A stretch of 64,000 bases of DNA from Leptospira sp. Lineage in GTDB: Bacteria > Spirochaetota > Leptospiria > Leptospirales > Leptospiraceae. This document shows, piece after piece, positions 32,241 to 41,884 of this stretch. The stretch spans positions 27,237-91,236 of the forward strand of contig JAWXAQ010000020.1 of NCBI GenBank assembly GCA_034439575.1. The letters are read 5' to 3'. The notes beneath the pieces were generated by a model. That model was given only the letters and a program-made list of their open reading frames with translations. It was not told the DNA's origin and did no database searches. Positions within the stretch are counted from its first letter, which is position 1. Every line of letters begins with the position of its first letter. The position numbers and the translations under genes are program-made.

Positions 32241-32630
32241 TTACTTCTTATAGTATTCCATTAAGACTGATAATCTTTTTTTGATAAACCAACGACTTCC
32301 TGTTGGTAATTTTTCACTATCTAGCCTAGCTGCTAATTTTATCATTTCTGCTTCTAGAAGTTTTTTGTTCAGTTTGTTATCTACAATAAACTGACCAAAT
32401 TTACGAGGGTATCCCAGTCTTTCTTCGTATGTCGGAGCAAGGTAGGTCCCATCCTTTTTACGTTTTCCTTTCTTTTTCTCTTTGAGATAATCCTTCATCG
32501 CGAGAGGAGTTCTGTTGGCTTTTAATTCTCTATAATAATACGATTCATAGACCTTTGCGGGATCAGATACTTTACTTTTAGCAATGGGTTTGCGGGATGA
32601 TTTTTTGGGTGTTGATCGTTTTTTTTTCAT
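32241..32630 (-). CDS. Basic hypothetical protein
   Basis: 129-aa Lys/Arg-rich ORF. Confidence 0.55.
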   Translation of the reverse strand: MKKKRSTPKKSSRKPIAKSKVSDPAKVYESYYYRELKANRTPLAMKDYLKEKKKGKRKKDGTYLAPTYEERLGYPRKFGQFIVDNKLNKKLLEAEMIKLAARLDSEKLPTGSRWFIKKRLSVLMEYYKK

Positions 32631-32916
32631 TAATAATCAATTCTTTATATAGGAATCATCGGATAAAAATAGGAATCACAATCAATCAAAAAAAAGAGAT
32701 TCATTGTTATTTTTGCCTTTTTTAAGATGATCACTTTGCTCAAAGAAAGCGGTTAGGTGTTATCAAAGTCCGATCATATAAAATTTTACAGGCAATTTTT
32801 TTGCTATAAATAAACAAATTAAGCGTCATTGAAAATGATTACTTTAATAGCGAAAAAACTTCATTGTCAATTAATAGAAAAATAAAGACGCTTACTAATT
32901 CAAATTAAGAGGAAAA

Positions 32917-33483
32917 ATGGGAAAAATAATCGCCGCGTTTAATATGACACTTAATGGAAATTGTGACCACAATGCAGGAATTTCAGATGAGGAAATACAC
33001 ATTCATTATGCTGATCTTCTGGCTAATGCAGATTACATTTTATATGGAAGAATCACATATCAACTTATGCAATTTTGGCAGACTCTTTTAGTAAATCCTT
33101 CTGGAGTAAAATCTATGGATGACTTTGCAGCATCTATCGACAAAATACAAAAAATCGTTTTTTCGCATACTATCAAAGATACAGGTTGGGATAGTGCATT
33201 ACTTTCCACTATGTCTATTGAAGAAAAGATCAAAAAACTTAAAAAAAAATCCAACAAAGATATTTTCGTAGGTAGTCGCAGTTTAATCATACAATTAATA
33301 AAGCATAATTTAATCGACGAGCTTCAACTTTGCATTCATCCAGTGATTGCAGAAAATGGTTTGCAGTTTTTTGAAAACTTAAATATAAGAACGAACCTCA
33401 AATTCTTAAAAACTAAAACTTTTTCGAATGGAGCGATCATTCTGTATTATAAACCGACAATCGAAAGTATTATGAAAAATTAG
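32917..33483 (+). CDS. Dihydrofolate reductase / RibD C-terminal family protein
   Basis: MTLNG, LYGRITY, KIVFS, GSRSLI, LIDEL..IHPVI. Confidence 0.85.
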   Translation: MGKIIAAFNMTLNGNCDHNAGISDEEIHIHYADLLANADYILYGRITYQLMQFWQTLLVNPSGVKSMDDFAASIDKIQKIVFSHTIKDTGWDSALLSTMSIEEKIKKLKKKSNKDIFVGSRSLIIQLIKHNLIDELQLCIHPVIAENGLQFFENLNIRTNLKFLKTKTFSNGAIILYYKPTIESIMKN

Positions 33484-33884
33484 AGGTACTATTTATTAAT
33501 CGATAGAACAGATTATATAGTCGCTCAGTATAGCCGAAGTGATGCGAGTTTAGTGACGAGTTTGGCAACAAATGATTGGTTGGTGAATCCCTCCTGTAGA
33601 AACCTAACCTTAGATTGTGGGACTTATTGGAAAAATCGAGTTGGGTTCATCTATATATCTTACCTTGTTTACTAGGTGGCTCTATTGAAGCTGTCACTCC
33701 AGAAAATGATTATGGTATTTCTCTTTCTTGGTCTTGGGGATTATTCGTTAATAATTTATTAAGATTGGTAAATGGTTTTTCAGTTAATCCAGCTATAAAC
33801 GAAACTTGCATATCGAATGTGAAATAATGAAGAATAAAAAATTGAAAATACTGAATTGAAAAAATTAATAATATCAGATACTCT

Positions 33885-34160
33885 ATGTCTATAAAATTAA
33901 ATACACATATTTCAATATTACTTTTCACCATATTACAAGCGTCTATTATTTCTGATCAAATTTCATCTGAAAAGGTATATATGACTAAAGAAATTAAAAA
34001 GCCTTGGAAGTTCGATTGTAAAGAAAAGCGGGAATGTCTTTCTAAATGTAATTCTACATTTTTTTTAAATCCTTATGGTGAAGAAAAATCATATATAAAC
34101 CAAATGAGGACAGAATGCTTTAGGGATTGCGCTTCCCAAGTAGATTGTAATAAGGATTGA
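33885..34160 (+). CDS. Small secreted Cys-rich protein
   Basis: Hydrophobic N-terminus, CxxxC pairs. Confidence 0.5.
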   Translation: MSIKLNTHISILLFTILQASIISDQISSEKVYMTKEIKKPWKFDCKEKRECLSKCNSTFFLNPYGEEKSYINQMRTECFRDCASQVDCNKD

Positions 34161-35129
34161 CTGAAAGATGAATACTTTAATTTTTCCGTAAAAAAAAGTT
34201 TTTTTTCTTCTTTCTCTTATTCTATTTTTTAACTTAATTTTATGTTCTAGAAACAAGGCATAAAAAAATGAACATATTATTTCTCAAGCAGATTGCTATT
34301 TTTAATTTCAAGGCAAATAAATCTTTAAAGTTATCTGCTCAAATTTTGGATTTGGTATTTATTATTTGCAAACTAAATAATATTATAAAGTTAAAGAATT
34401 CAATTAATGTTGGTGAAATTAATTTATGTGAATTAAATAATTAAAAGTTCAGGCATTCATAGTTACCCTTAATAGTTAAATCTGTTATATATTTAATTCA
34501 GATTTTGCCTCCGAATAAAACTTTTACAAAAAAGTGAATTATTTATTTCGTTTTTTATAAATTTGTTAAATGTAATTTTATTATTGAACTTTCTTTCGAT
34601 ATAGCGAACGAGAAAGATGCAGGAATCTGTCGTTTACAGAGAATTCGATGGTCATAATCAAAAAAAATTACTGAATGAAATGAAGATTTGGGCATAAGGC
34701 CCATTCTGCGATCATAGATTCGCCCTTTACTGTTTATAAAGATTATAGTTATTCCTTTTTATATTGATAAAATATTTAATAAAATTAAACCAAGTTTCTT
34801 AATTACCATCCATATTTCATATTAATCCTTGTTTAAGTCTAATCTATGACAAATGCCAAAATAAATCTAATCTTCTAAATTCCTTTGAACTTCTTCTGGT
34901 AAAAGAAAGTTTCGCTCTATCAATACTATTCGTCCATGTTTATTGTATAGCTATTTCAAAACTTGAACATTTCGAAAAATCAACATTTGATTTTTTAAAT
35001 AATGAAACCATTAAAATAAGGTTTGTTAATGTACAAGTAAAGTTAAAAGATGAGGAGTTGGAAAGGTAAAAGTTACTCTATAAATTAAACAGAATTATCC
35101 TCGAAGGAGAGCAATATAAAAATAATGAT

Positions 35130-35471
35130 TTGGATAATTTGAAAGTTTCTCTTATGAATTTTCAACATAAAATGAGCCTTATTCCACAATATTATGTAAT
35201 CGCAATATTGACTGGGGGATTATATGCAATGTTTGGTGGCTCTTTATTAAAAGAAGATATTCATACTCAATGGGAAGTTTTAGAAATGAATAAGGAAAGA
35301 AAGATGACTTATATTGTTTCATGTACGAAGAATTATAATATGTATGATCCTATACCAATCCGAGATATTGAAAATAATAGAGAAATTTGGGATTACGGTG
35401 ATTTTTGCAGAGATTTGATTCTAGAAAAGCTAATTCAAAAAATTTATGATAATCGGAATTACTTATTATAG
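35130..35471 (+). CDS. Hypothetical protein or gene remnant
   Basis: 113-aa ORF in a very AT-rich region, one TM. Confidence 0.35.
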   Translation: MDNLKVSLMNFQHKMSLIPQYYVIAILTGGLYAMFGGSLLKEDIHTQWEVLEMNKERKMTYIVSCTKNYNMYDPIPIRDIENNREIWDYGDFCRDLILEKLIQKIYDNRNYLL

Positions 35472-35575
35472 AAAAAATATTTAAATAAATAAATAGAATG
35501 TTAATTTTATTCTTTTCGCTAGCAAATAGTTTACATTGAGCGCATAGCAGAAGCAATGCTGGAAAATAACCCTAA

Positions 35576-36775
35576 TATCAACGATACCTCTCTACCCCTT
35601 GCTATGCTTCCCAGGACTCCGCTAAACGCTCCGCACCTAGAAAACTCCGCCAGAATTCTCTCCTGAACCCCATAAAGAACCCATACAAGAATTATACTAA
35701 CCCTCTAAAATCTACCCCTGCCTTAGATACACTATACGCTACTAAGACCCTAACGATCCTATCCACCTTATTTCCAAAGTCCTGCAACTGCGAGAAACCA
35801 AACCTTTTATACTTCAAAGTAAAAAATAGACCTACTGTTTCTAGGTGTTCTAACTGCCATAAACAAGTTAGCCTAACTTCTAACACTCCCTTACAAGACT
35901 TCAAACTTCCCTTATCTTACTTCTCATACATCTTAGAAGACCAAATTTTATCTTACCCTAAGTCAGTTACTTCAAAAGAAATTTCTAAAAAATTAAACAT
36001 ATCATATAAATCAGCGTATTACCTTAAAAGAAGACTGCAAATTGTCTACAGTCTGTTAAATGAGAAGCTACAGAAGCAGTTATTTATTGAGTTAAAAGAA
36101 CATAATGAGAAAAACCCTATTAAATTAAGTAAAAATGAAGACTTACGTGAAACTATTAAAAATGAACCCATTGCTGTAGCAGATTCGGTAGTATTATACT
36201 CTAGTTCATTAAGAGCAAACAAACATAGGTCTAGAAGATTTAAGACAGGCTCAAGTTCTATATATCTTTCTAATTCATTGGGAGGTGGACAAGCAGGTGT
36301 TTTAGTTCATACTGTAGGTATTAATCACGGAATGACTTTTTATAAATCCATTCCACTTAATAATCAAGAGTATCTAGGTAAAGACTTAGATCAGAAGATA
36401 CCAAAGGATACGATTCTCTTTACTGACGAAGGTTATACGTTCATTTGGGATAGAAAGAATCATAAAATGGTAAATCATTCTAAGCGAAGTAAAGATCCAA
36501 GGTATAACCTAAGTAGAGAACGATGGATAACCAAACAGGGAGTAACCTCTAATGGTGCTGAATCTAGAAACAATTTATTAAAACAGTCGTTTAGGTCTTA
36601 CAGTTATATAAGTCCGAAGTGGTCGCAGTTGTATTTGGACGAAATAAGCTTTCTAGGGAACGTAAGGTTTGCGGAAGGATTGAAGGAACTGCTTTTGGGA
36701 CGAGGTGAGGAAAGGGGGGTTGTGCGTGAAAGGGATACAAACTGCGGGCGGAGGGACTTGAATTCCTCAGCCTAG
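35576..36775 (+). mobile_element. IS1595-family DDE transposase reading frame (start codon unclear, no terminal IRs found)
   Basis: Stop-free frame 35576-36775 with Zn ribbon (CNC..RCSNC), HTH (SKEISKKLNISYKSAY), ADS, FTDE, VNHS, SNGAES, YLDE; the ORF track shows only the last 165 aa. Confidence 0.75.
36741..36762 (+). repeat. att core, left copy (duplicated tRNA-Leu 3' end)
   Basis: ACTGCGGGCGGAGGGACTTGAA identical to 55067-55088. Confidence 0.95.
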
Positions 36776-36844
36776 AGAACAAAGCTTAGATTCCGTCTAA
36801 CATTTAATTTAAACTAAGGCTAACGGTTGTACGATTGTATAACT

Positions 36845-37678
36845 ATGAAAAGAAGTCTATCGTTTAACAAAATCAAGTTTACTCTCCTAAATACGCGTGA
36901 TAAAAATCGCGTATTATTTTTTTTTAAAACAACTAACAAAAAGTTCATCGATCCCGAAACAATAGTGGATTATTTGCTAGAACGTCGTCGTTCTGGAATT
37001 TCGACTAAAACCTTGAAGGCGGACAAATTCGCTATACTACTTGCTGTTAAATTATCGACAGTTGGAAATCCAAACTTTGATGGATTTACTGAATATTTGC
37101 ATAAAGTAATAAAAGATTCAGTAAAGATGAAAATTCCGAATAACCGGCTAAGAGAATCAGATCTTTTGAAAGTAGAGGAGATGGATCGTATCGTGAAACA
37201 CGCTACAGATCGTCAAAGGGTTTTAAGCCGATTTCTTTGGGCTACCGGAATTCGTCCTGGAGAGATAACTAGAATTAAACTTAAGGATTGTTCTCGGTTA
37301 AGTGACGGTGATATCGAGATTAAAATAAATGGTAAGCAAGAACGCATCCGATTTATATTAATACCTAAGTCTCTTTTTGAAGAGATCCGAGATGTCTATC
37401 ACGGATCTGCTCACCTCTTTGAATCTGTTTCTGGCGAACCCCTTTCAGTAAATGCAATTGAAAAGATGATCAATAAACTAGGTAAGAATCTTCTCAAGAG
37501 AAGGGTATATCCTTATCTCTTTCGCCATACGTTTGCTACAAATCAAATCAAAGATGGAAATGATATTGGAGCTGTTTCTGAATTTATGGGCAATAGTCCG
37601 GATATATTAGCAAGAACTTATTTGCATTCCAACCTAACGAGAGAAGCGATCATGAAAAATTTCGGGAAAATAGCTTAG
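36845..37678 (+). CDS. Tyrosine recombinase / integrase
   Basis: ATGIRPGEI, NGKQERIR, YLFRHTFAT, MGNS, RTYLH; adjacent to att. Confidence 0.92.
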   Translation: MKRSLSFNKIKFTLLNTRDKNRVLFFFKTTNKKFIDPETIVDYLLERRRSGISTKTLKADKFAILLAVKLSTVGNPNFDGFTEYLHKVIKDSVKMKIPNNRLRESDLLKVEEMDRIVKHATDRQRVLSRFLWATGIRPGEITRIKLKDCSRLSDGDIEIKINGKQERIRFILIPKSLFEEIRDVYHGSAHLFESVSGEPLSVNAIEKMINKLGKNLLKRRVYPYLFRHTFATNQIKDGNDIGAVSEFMGNSPDILARTYLHSNLTREAIMKNFGKIA

Positions 37679-37681
37679 TTC

Positions 37682-37846
37682 ATGATCCCAAAAGAAAAAG
37701 AGGAAAAAGATTTAAGATGTGCAAATTGCGGAGCTTCCAATGTGAAGCTTTACCAATATAACTTATGTAAGTTTTGTTTATCTGATTATTTTAAGAAAAT
37801 TAAAGTTATGATTTTAAGACCATCAAGGATTCGCGGCTATGTCTGA
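37682..37846 (+). CDS. Small CxxC-CxxC zinc-finger protein (54 aa)
   Basis: MIPKEKEEKDLRCANCGASNVKLYQYNLCKFC..; overlaps the next start; too short for the ORF track. Confidence 0.65.
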   Translation: MIPKEKEEKDLRCANCGASNVKLYQYNLCKFCLSDYFKKIKVMILRPSRIRGYV

Positions 37847-39305
37847 GCAAATAGATAATCAAATACAAAAGGAACTTCAAAAGAATGTTCCGGCTATTTA
37901 CTACAATAAATTCTTTAAAGAGATGGCATTAGTAAAAATGACCGAATCAAAAATCATTTTTGGATTCGATGGATCAGGAGCCTTATCTATTAAGCGGCAT
38001 GTAGAAAACAAATACTTTGAGCAACTTAACCTTGCCGTTGCAAATTCTGTAGGCAAAAGAAAAGTTGAGCTCATTGTATTAGAAAAGATCGATACAACGA
38101 AGCCGCCAAAAAAATCAGACAAGATTGATTACGACGGAGAAGTTCACAAAATTGAATCTTATTTAAAAGAACATGCAGTATTAAGATACAATGTTCTTAA
38201 TCATTGCTTAGAACACAAACCGAAGGGATCAAAGGATTTTCTTTTATGGAGTGATAGAGATTTTTCGGATTTGTATCTTAATCTTAAAAGGCAGAAAGAA
38301 TTTAAGTATATTTCAAAAGATACTTTACTCTCGATTTTAAATTCTAGTTTCGTTCCTTCATTTCATCCAGTGAAGGAATATTTTCCTTCGATCGCAGACC
38401 AATGGGATGGAAAAACGGATTGGATAGGTCAAATATGCTCTTGCATTAAAGTTACGAATCAAATCAAATTCAGACAATATTTCGAGAAGTGGCTCTTGGC
38501 GTCTCTTCATACTCTTTATTCAGATAAGCCATTTAGAAATGAATTTTGTTTAATCTTTCAAAGTCCGCAAGGCTGGTATAAGTCTAGTTTTATTGATGGG
38601 TTAATTCCGAAAGCTCTAACACCATATTATAATTCTAGAATACCTGAAAACTTAAAATCTAAAGATTTAATTATAATGGCTTCAAGTGTTTTCATTTGGA
38701 ACTTAGATGAAATTGATAGTATAACAAGAAAAAAAGAAGCTGCGGAACTAAAACAATTTCTTTCTAATTCGGTAGCGATTGAGAGAGCTGCATACGGAAG
38801 AAACATGCAGTCTTGGACGAGGATTTCAAATTTTCTAGGAGCGTGTAACAAAGTAGAGTTCTTAGTCGATGAAACTGGAAATAGACGATTTATAGTTTTC
38901 TCGTTAGCCGAAGCTATTAAAATCAATAAATTCCAAAAGATCCCGATTGAGAAGTTTTGGGCTCAGGTCTATCACAAATACCAAAAAGCAAAAACGTCCC
39001 AAATTTATATGAGTGCTGAGGAAAAGTTGGCGATTTCTGGAAACAATCTTCAATACGAATATCATAACAATGATTATGAGATCATTTTGAAATACTTTCA
39101 AACGTTACCTTTAAATCAGTATAATCCAAAAAATAAAATTCATCAATGGATGAGTGCTACAGACATCTATTTATTCATCCATTCCAAACATCCTAATTTC
39201 AAAATGGACGTTAGGTGGATTGGGCGAGGATTAATTCAGCTTGGGTTTGAGAGAAGAAGAACTAACGCGGCTGGAAAGCAATTCCTGGTTTTTGCTCAAA
39301 GTTAG
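37839..39305 (+). CDS. VapE/VirE-family P-loop NTPase (replication helicase-like) with DnaA domain-I-like N-terminus
   Basis: LRYN, Walker A variant SPQGWYKSS, Walker B WNLDEID, RAAYGR, CN..EFLVDETGNRRF. Confidence 0.85.
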   Translation: MSEQIDNQIQKELQKNVPAIYYNKFFKEMALVKMTESKIIFGFDGSGALSIKRHVENKYFEQLNLAVANSVGKRKVELIVLEKIDTTKPPKKSDKIDYDGEVHKIESYLKEHAVLRYNVLNHCLEHKPKGSKDFLLWSDRDFSDLYLNLKRQKEFKYISKDTLLSILNSSFVPSFHPVKEYFPSIADQWDGKTDWIGQICSCIKVTNQIKFRQYFEKWLLASLHTLYSDKPFRNEFCLIFQSPQGWYKSSFIDGLIPKALTPYYNSRIPENLKSKDLIIMASSVFIWNLDEIDSITRKKEAAELKQFLSNSVAIERAAYGRNMQSWTRISNFLGACNKVEFLVDETGNRRFIVFSLAEAIKINKFQKIPIEKFWAQVYHKYQKAKTSQIYMSAEEKLAISGNNLQYEYHNNDYEIILKYFQTLPLNQYNPKNKIHQWMSATDIYLFIHSKHPNFKMDVRWIGRGLIQLGFERRRTNAAGKQFLVFAQS

Positions 39306-39306
39306 T

Positions 39307-39335
39307 ACATGTCGTCATGTCATCATTTTCACAAA
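39307..39335 (+). repeat. 29-bp inverted repeat, left copy
   Basis: ACATGTCGTCATGTCATCATTTTCACAAA, 27/29 match to the reverse complement of 54705-54733. Confidence 0.9.
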
Positions 39336-39549
39336 AAAGGTAATGGAGAAAAAAATGGAAACTTTAGCCTCGATTCACATTGACACAAATGCTCTGATCA
39401 TAATTGGCTCGTGCATTAGTTGTTGGTTAGCTGGATTTACATACGGTAAATTGAAATGATCTGCTTTTGTGAAATTTGCATCCTTTCTGACTCTATGACT
39501 TTTCTCTTTGCAGTTATCGTCGGTTATGTTCTCGCAAGGATACTTTAAT

Positions 39550-39972
39550 ATGAGTGATTTTAATTTTATTAAGCCAAGAAGAGTATTAGATTCCTTTGAT
39601 GCCAATAAATACACAAAGTATCAACTTGCACAGCTCAAGAAGAATCCAGAATGGATTCGCAATCAGATTAAATTTTCAAATTATTATTTGAAGTTTGGAA
39701 CCCTAGGTAAATCGATTCCTAAATTTTCCGCTCTCATCGAGGTGCTCGTTGTTAACTTAGAGGATTTAAGTGAATCCTTCATTGACTACGATACCAGATT
39801 TATCGGTGGAACGTTTAAGCTTCCAAAGAAAGGAAAGTATCTCCTTCTCATATTTCAGAACAGTCCGTTTCATGCTCTCTTTACAACACTAAGGAAATGG
39901 ACAAAGAGAAAGGAAGACTTCTACAAAAAGAGAAGAGGAAGGCTCTTTCGTCTTGAGGTTGGTCACGAGTGA
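39550..39972 (+). CDS. Hypothetical provirus protein
   Basis: ATG at 39550 after AAGGA; in frame with the track ORF. Confidence 0.65.
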   Translation: MSDFNFIKPRRVLDSFDANKYTKYQLAQLKKNPEWIRNQIKFSNYYLKFGTLGKSIPKFSALIEVLVVNLEDLSESFIDYDTRFIGGTFKLPKKGKYLLLIFQNSPFHALFTTLRKWTKRKEDFYKKRRGRLFRLEVGHE

Positions 39973-40145
39973 GAGTAGTGATCATTCTATCTCTCGGATT
40001 CCTTTTAACCTATCTTGGTTTCCGATGGTTTTATGGTTCTCATATTCCTTGGTCAATGAATACACTTTCGGCTTACCTATTCATCTCTCTACTCATAACC
40101 GATGTTATTGATTTACTTTGTAAAGATTGGAGAAATCGAGGATGA
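39969..40145 (+). CDS. Small two-TM protein (58 aa)
   Basis: GTG start after GAGG; GTGA and ATGA overlaps with neighbours. Confidence 0.55.
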   Translation: MRVVIILSLGFLLTYLGFRWFYGSHIPWSMNTLSAYLFISLLITDVIDLLCKDWRNRG

Positions 40146-40342
40146 GTTACTTTACTAACCTTGTACAAAAAAGGAAGCTGGAAGACTTTTGCGAAATCCA
40201 GGGATGTGAGTCTTTCGGAAACCAAATCTTAAATGGTAAACTACTTTGTGAAGATCATGTGTTAGTTGAATACGATAAAGAGGTTTCTTTTATAAATGCG
40301 AAAATTGAACGAGACAAGTATGAATTCATCGGAGGTAAATGA
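40142..40342 (+). CDS. Small Cys/His protein
   Basis: CEIQGC..LCEDH; translationally coupled. Confidence 0.6.
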   Translation: MSYFTNLVQKRKLEDFCEIQGCESFGNQILNGKLLCEDHVLVEYDKEVSFINAKIERDKYEFIGGK

Positions 40343-40779
40343 TGAAAAGTTATTTAGAGTTAACAAGGGCATTCATGAAACGAGGAGTTTCATCGAATTC
40401 AAATTTTCGAGACTTTCATAAAAAGAATAATGAGATTTTAAGTGACGAAGGCAATTCACGACTAACAGAATTTCAATCTTTTTTAGTTCTTCAGAATATG
40501 GTTTGGTTAGAGTGGTGTTATACGCAAGGACATTCAGCTATCTTTAAAGGAGAATTTTCAAGCGAAGAACAAGAGTATAAAACTGCTTTTTTCAACAATG
40601 AAATCGGATTGTCAATGAAGGATGCAATCATAGAAAAAATTCATGAAGAGACACCCTTTAAACCTATCCAAAAAGACTTTAGTCCTACTGAGCAACCTAG
40701 CGGAGAAAATGTTACTGGAAATCAATTACAGGATACTTTTGAGGGATCTGATTCAAATGAGCGCACTCCGGAAAATTGA
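40339..40779 (+). CDS. Hypothetical provirus protein
   Basis: GGAGG RBS, coupled start. Confidence 0.65.
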   Translation: MMKSYLELTRAFMKRGVSSNSNFRDFHKKNNEILSDEGNSRLTEFQSFLVLQNMVWLEWCYTQGHSAIFKGEFSSEEQEYKTAFFNNEIGLSMKDAIIEKIHEETPFKPIQKDFSPTEQPSGENVTGNQLQDTFEGSDSNERTPEN

Positions 40780-40990
40780 CGCGGCTCGGGCTTATATGGA
40801 CTCATCAAATCTTAAACCTATTTGGAAGAAGGAATTGGAGAAAGTGGAAGCTGAAATGTTTGAAGTCGACAAGGAATTGTCGACGACAATCAATAACCTT
40901 AACTACGTTAACGATAAAAAAGATAAGTTAGTGAAGAGAAAGGAAACGATTCTTCAGAAAGCCGCCGAACAGGATTTATTTTCGCCGTGA
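40757..40990 (+). CDS. Small coiled-coil protein
   Basis: ATG 40757 after GAGGG; heptad pattern. Confidence 0.6.
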   Translation: MSALRKIDAARAYMDSSNLKPIWKKELEKVEAEMFEVDKELSTTINNLNYVNDKKDKLVKRKETILQKAAEQDLFSP

Positions 40991-41298
40991 AACCATTAAA
41001 AATTACATTCTATGTTGATAGAAATCTCAAAATGTCCCATGTAAAAGATCATGGTTTATCTGAGGCTTCTATTTTCTCTTTTTTTGAACAGGGGAGATAT
41101 TTTACTTTCGAAAGAAAAGACAAGGTATTAGAATCTTTTGGAATAGCAGTATTAGAAAATGAAATTGAAATTGTTTTAAAAGTGGTTTACAGAAAAATTT
41201 CAAAAGATCATCTTTTTGTCATTACAGCATGGGAAATCGATGATAAAGTAGAAGCTGACTTAATAATGAAGGAGCTGGATTCATGGGAAAATCAATAG
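40987..41298 (+). CDS. BrnT/DUF4258-like putative RNase toxin
   Basis: HVKDHGLS..LKVVYR..FVITAW pattern. Confidence 0.6.
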   Translation: MKPLKITFYVDRNLKMSHVKDHGLSEASIFSFFEQGRYFTFERKDKVLESFGIAVLENEIEIVLKVVYRKISKDHLFVITAWEIDDKVEADLIMKELDSWENQ

Positions 41299-41459
41299 TC
41301 AAGCGAGTGGTAGCTTATTTCTATCCAACTGAGGCAGAACAAAAGAAGACAGAAAAACTTCTGAAAGAGGTTGAACATGAGAAAATTGATTTTGCGAAAT
41401 GTAAGTTTCCAGACGGTACACCTGTTAAACATAAACGAAAAACAAGTAAGGCTTCTTAA
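41283..41459 (+). CDS. Small protein (58 aa), putative antitoxin
   Basis: AAGGAG RBS; overlaps the 3' end of the toxin-like gene. Confidence 0.5.
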   Translation: MGKSIVKRVVAYFYPTEAEQKKTEKLLKEVEHEKIDFAKCKFPDGTPVKHKRKTSKAS

Positions 41460-41473
41460 GGTGGTGATAGAAA

Positions 41474-41884
41474 ATGAATTTAAGTTTTAAAGATTTTAAA
41501 TATGATACTGGAAGAATTGAAGTAAAGAATATATTCGATCCTTTAATAAAACTCGGTATGACTTTCATTACTATAATTTCAATCTTACTTTTCTCCGCAT
41601 CTTACTTTTTAAACGATTCATTTTTTTCATATTTTGCAGTTTATATGGATGGAGGTTTCATTTTATTTTCTTGCGGGATGTATTTGTTTTTTGCTCTTAA
41701 AGATCCAAGTAGACTGCAATCTGAGAAACACATTTATGATATGAAGAAGCTCGAATTAAATCAACACCAGAAGAATGAAAAAGATATAACTCCCGAATCA
41801 TTACAAGAGTTATCCGGAAATATTCAGATTGATTCGATTTCCGTTCCATACGAGGAAACGAAAGACAATGGTGATTCGAAATGA
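41474..41884 (+). CDS. Two-TM membrane protein
   Basis: Two hydrophobic helices, then DPSRLQSE. Confidence 0.65.
   Translation: MNLSFKDFKYDTGRIEVKNIFDPLIKLGMTFITIISILLFSASYFLNDSFFSYFAVYMDGGFILFSCGMYLFFALKDPSRLQSEKHIYDMKKLELNQHQKNEKDITPESLQELSGNIQIDSISVPYEETKDNGDSK

Noticed and set aside
32554-32600. TTGCGGGAT twice, as possible extra att remnants
   Set aside because: Only 6 bp shared with the att core and inside an ORF; chance level
33515-33570. Possible attC-like or cassette-end sequence after the DHFR-like gene
   Set aside because: No convincing paired inverted boxes and no second copy in the window
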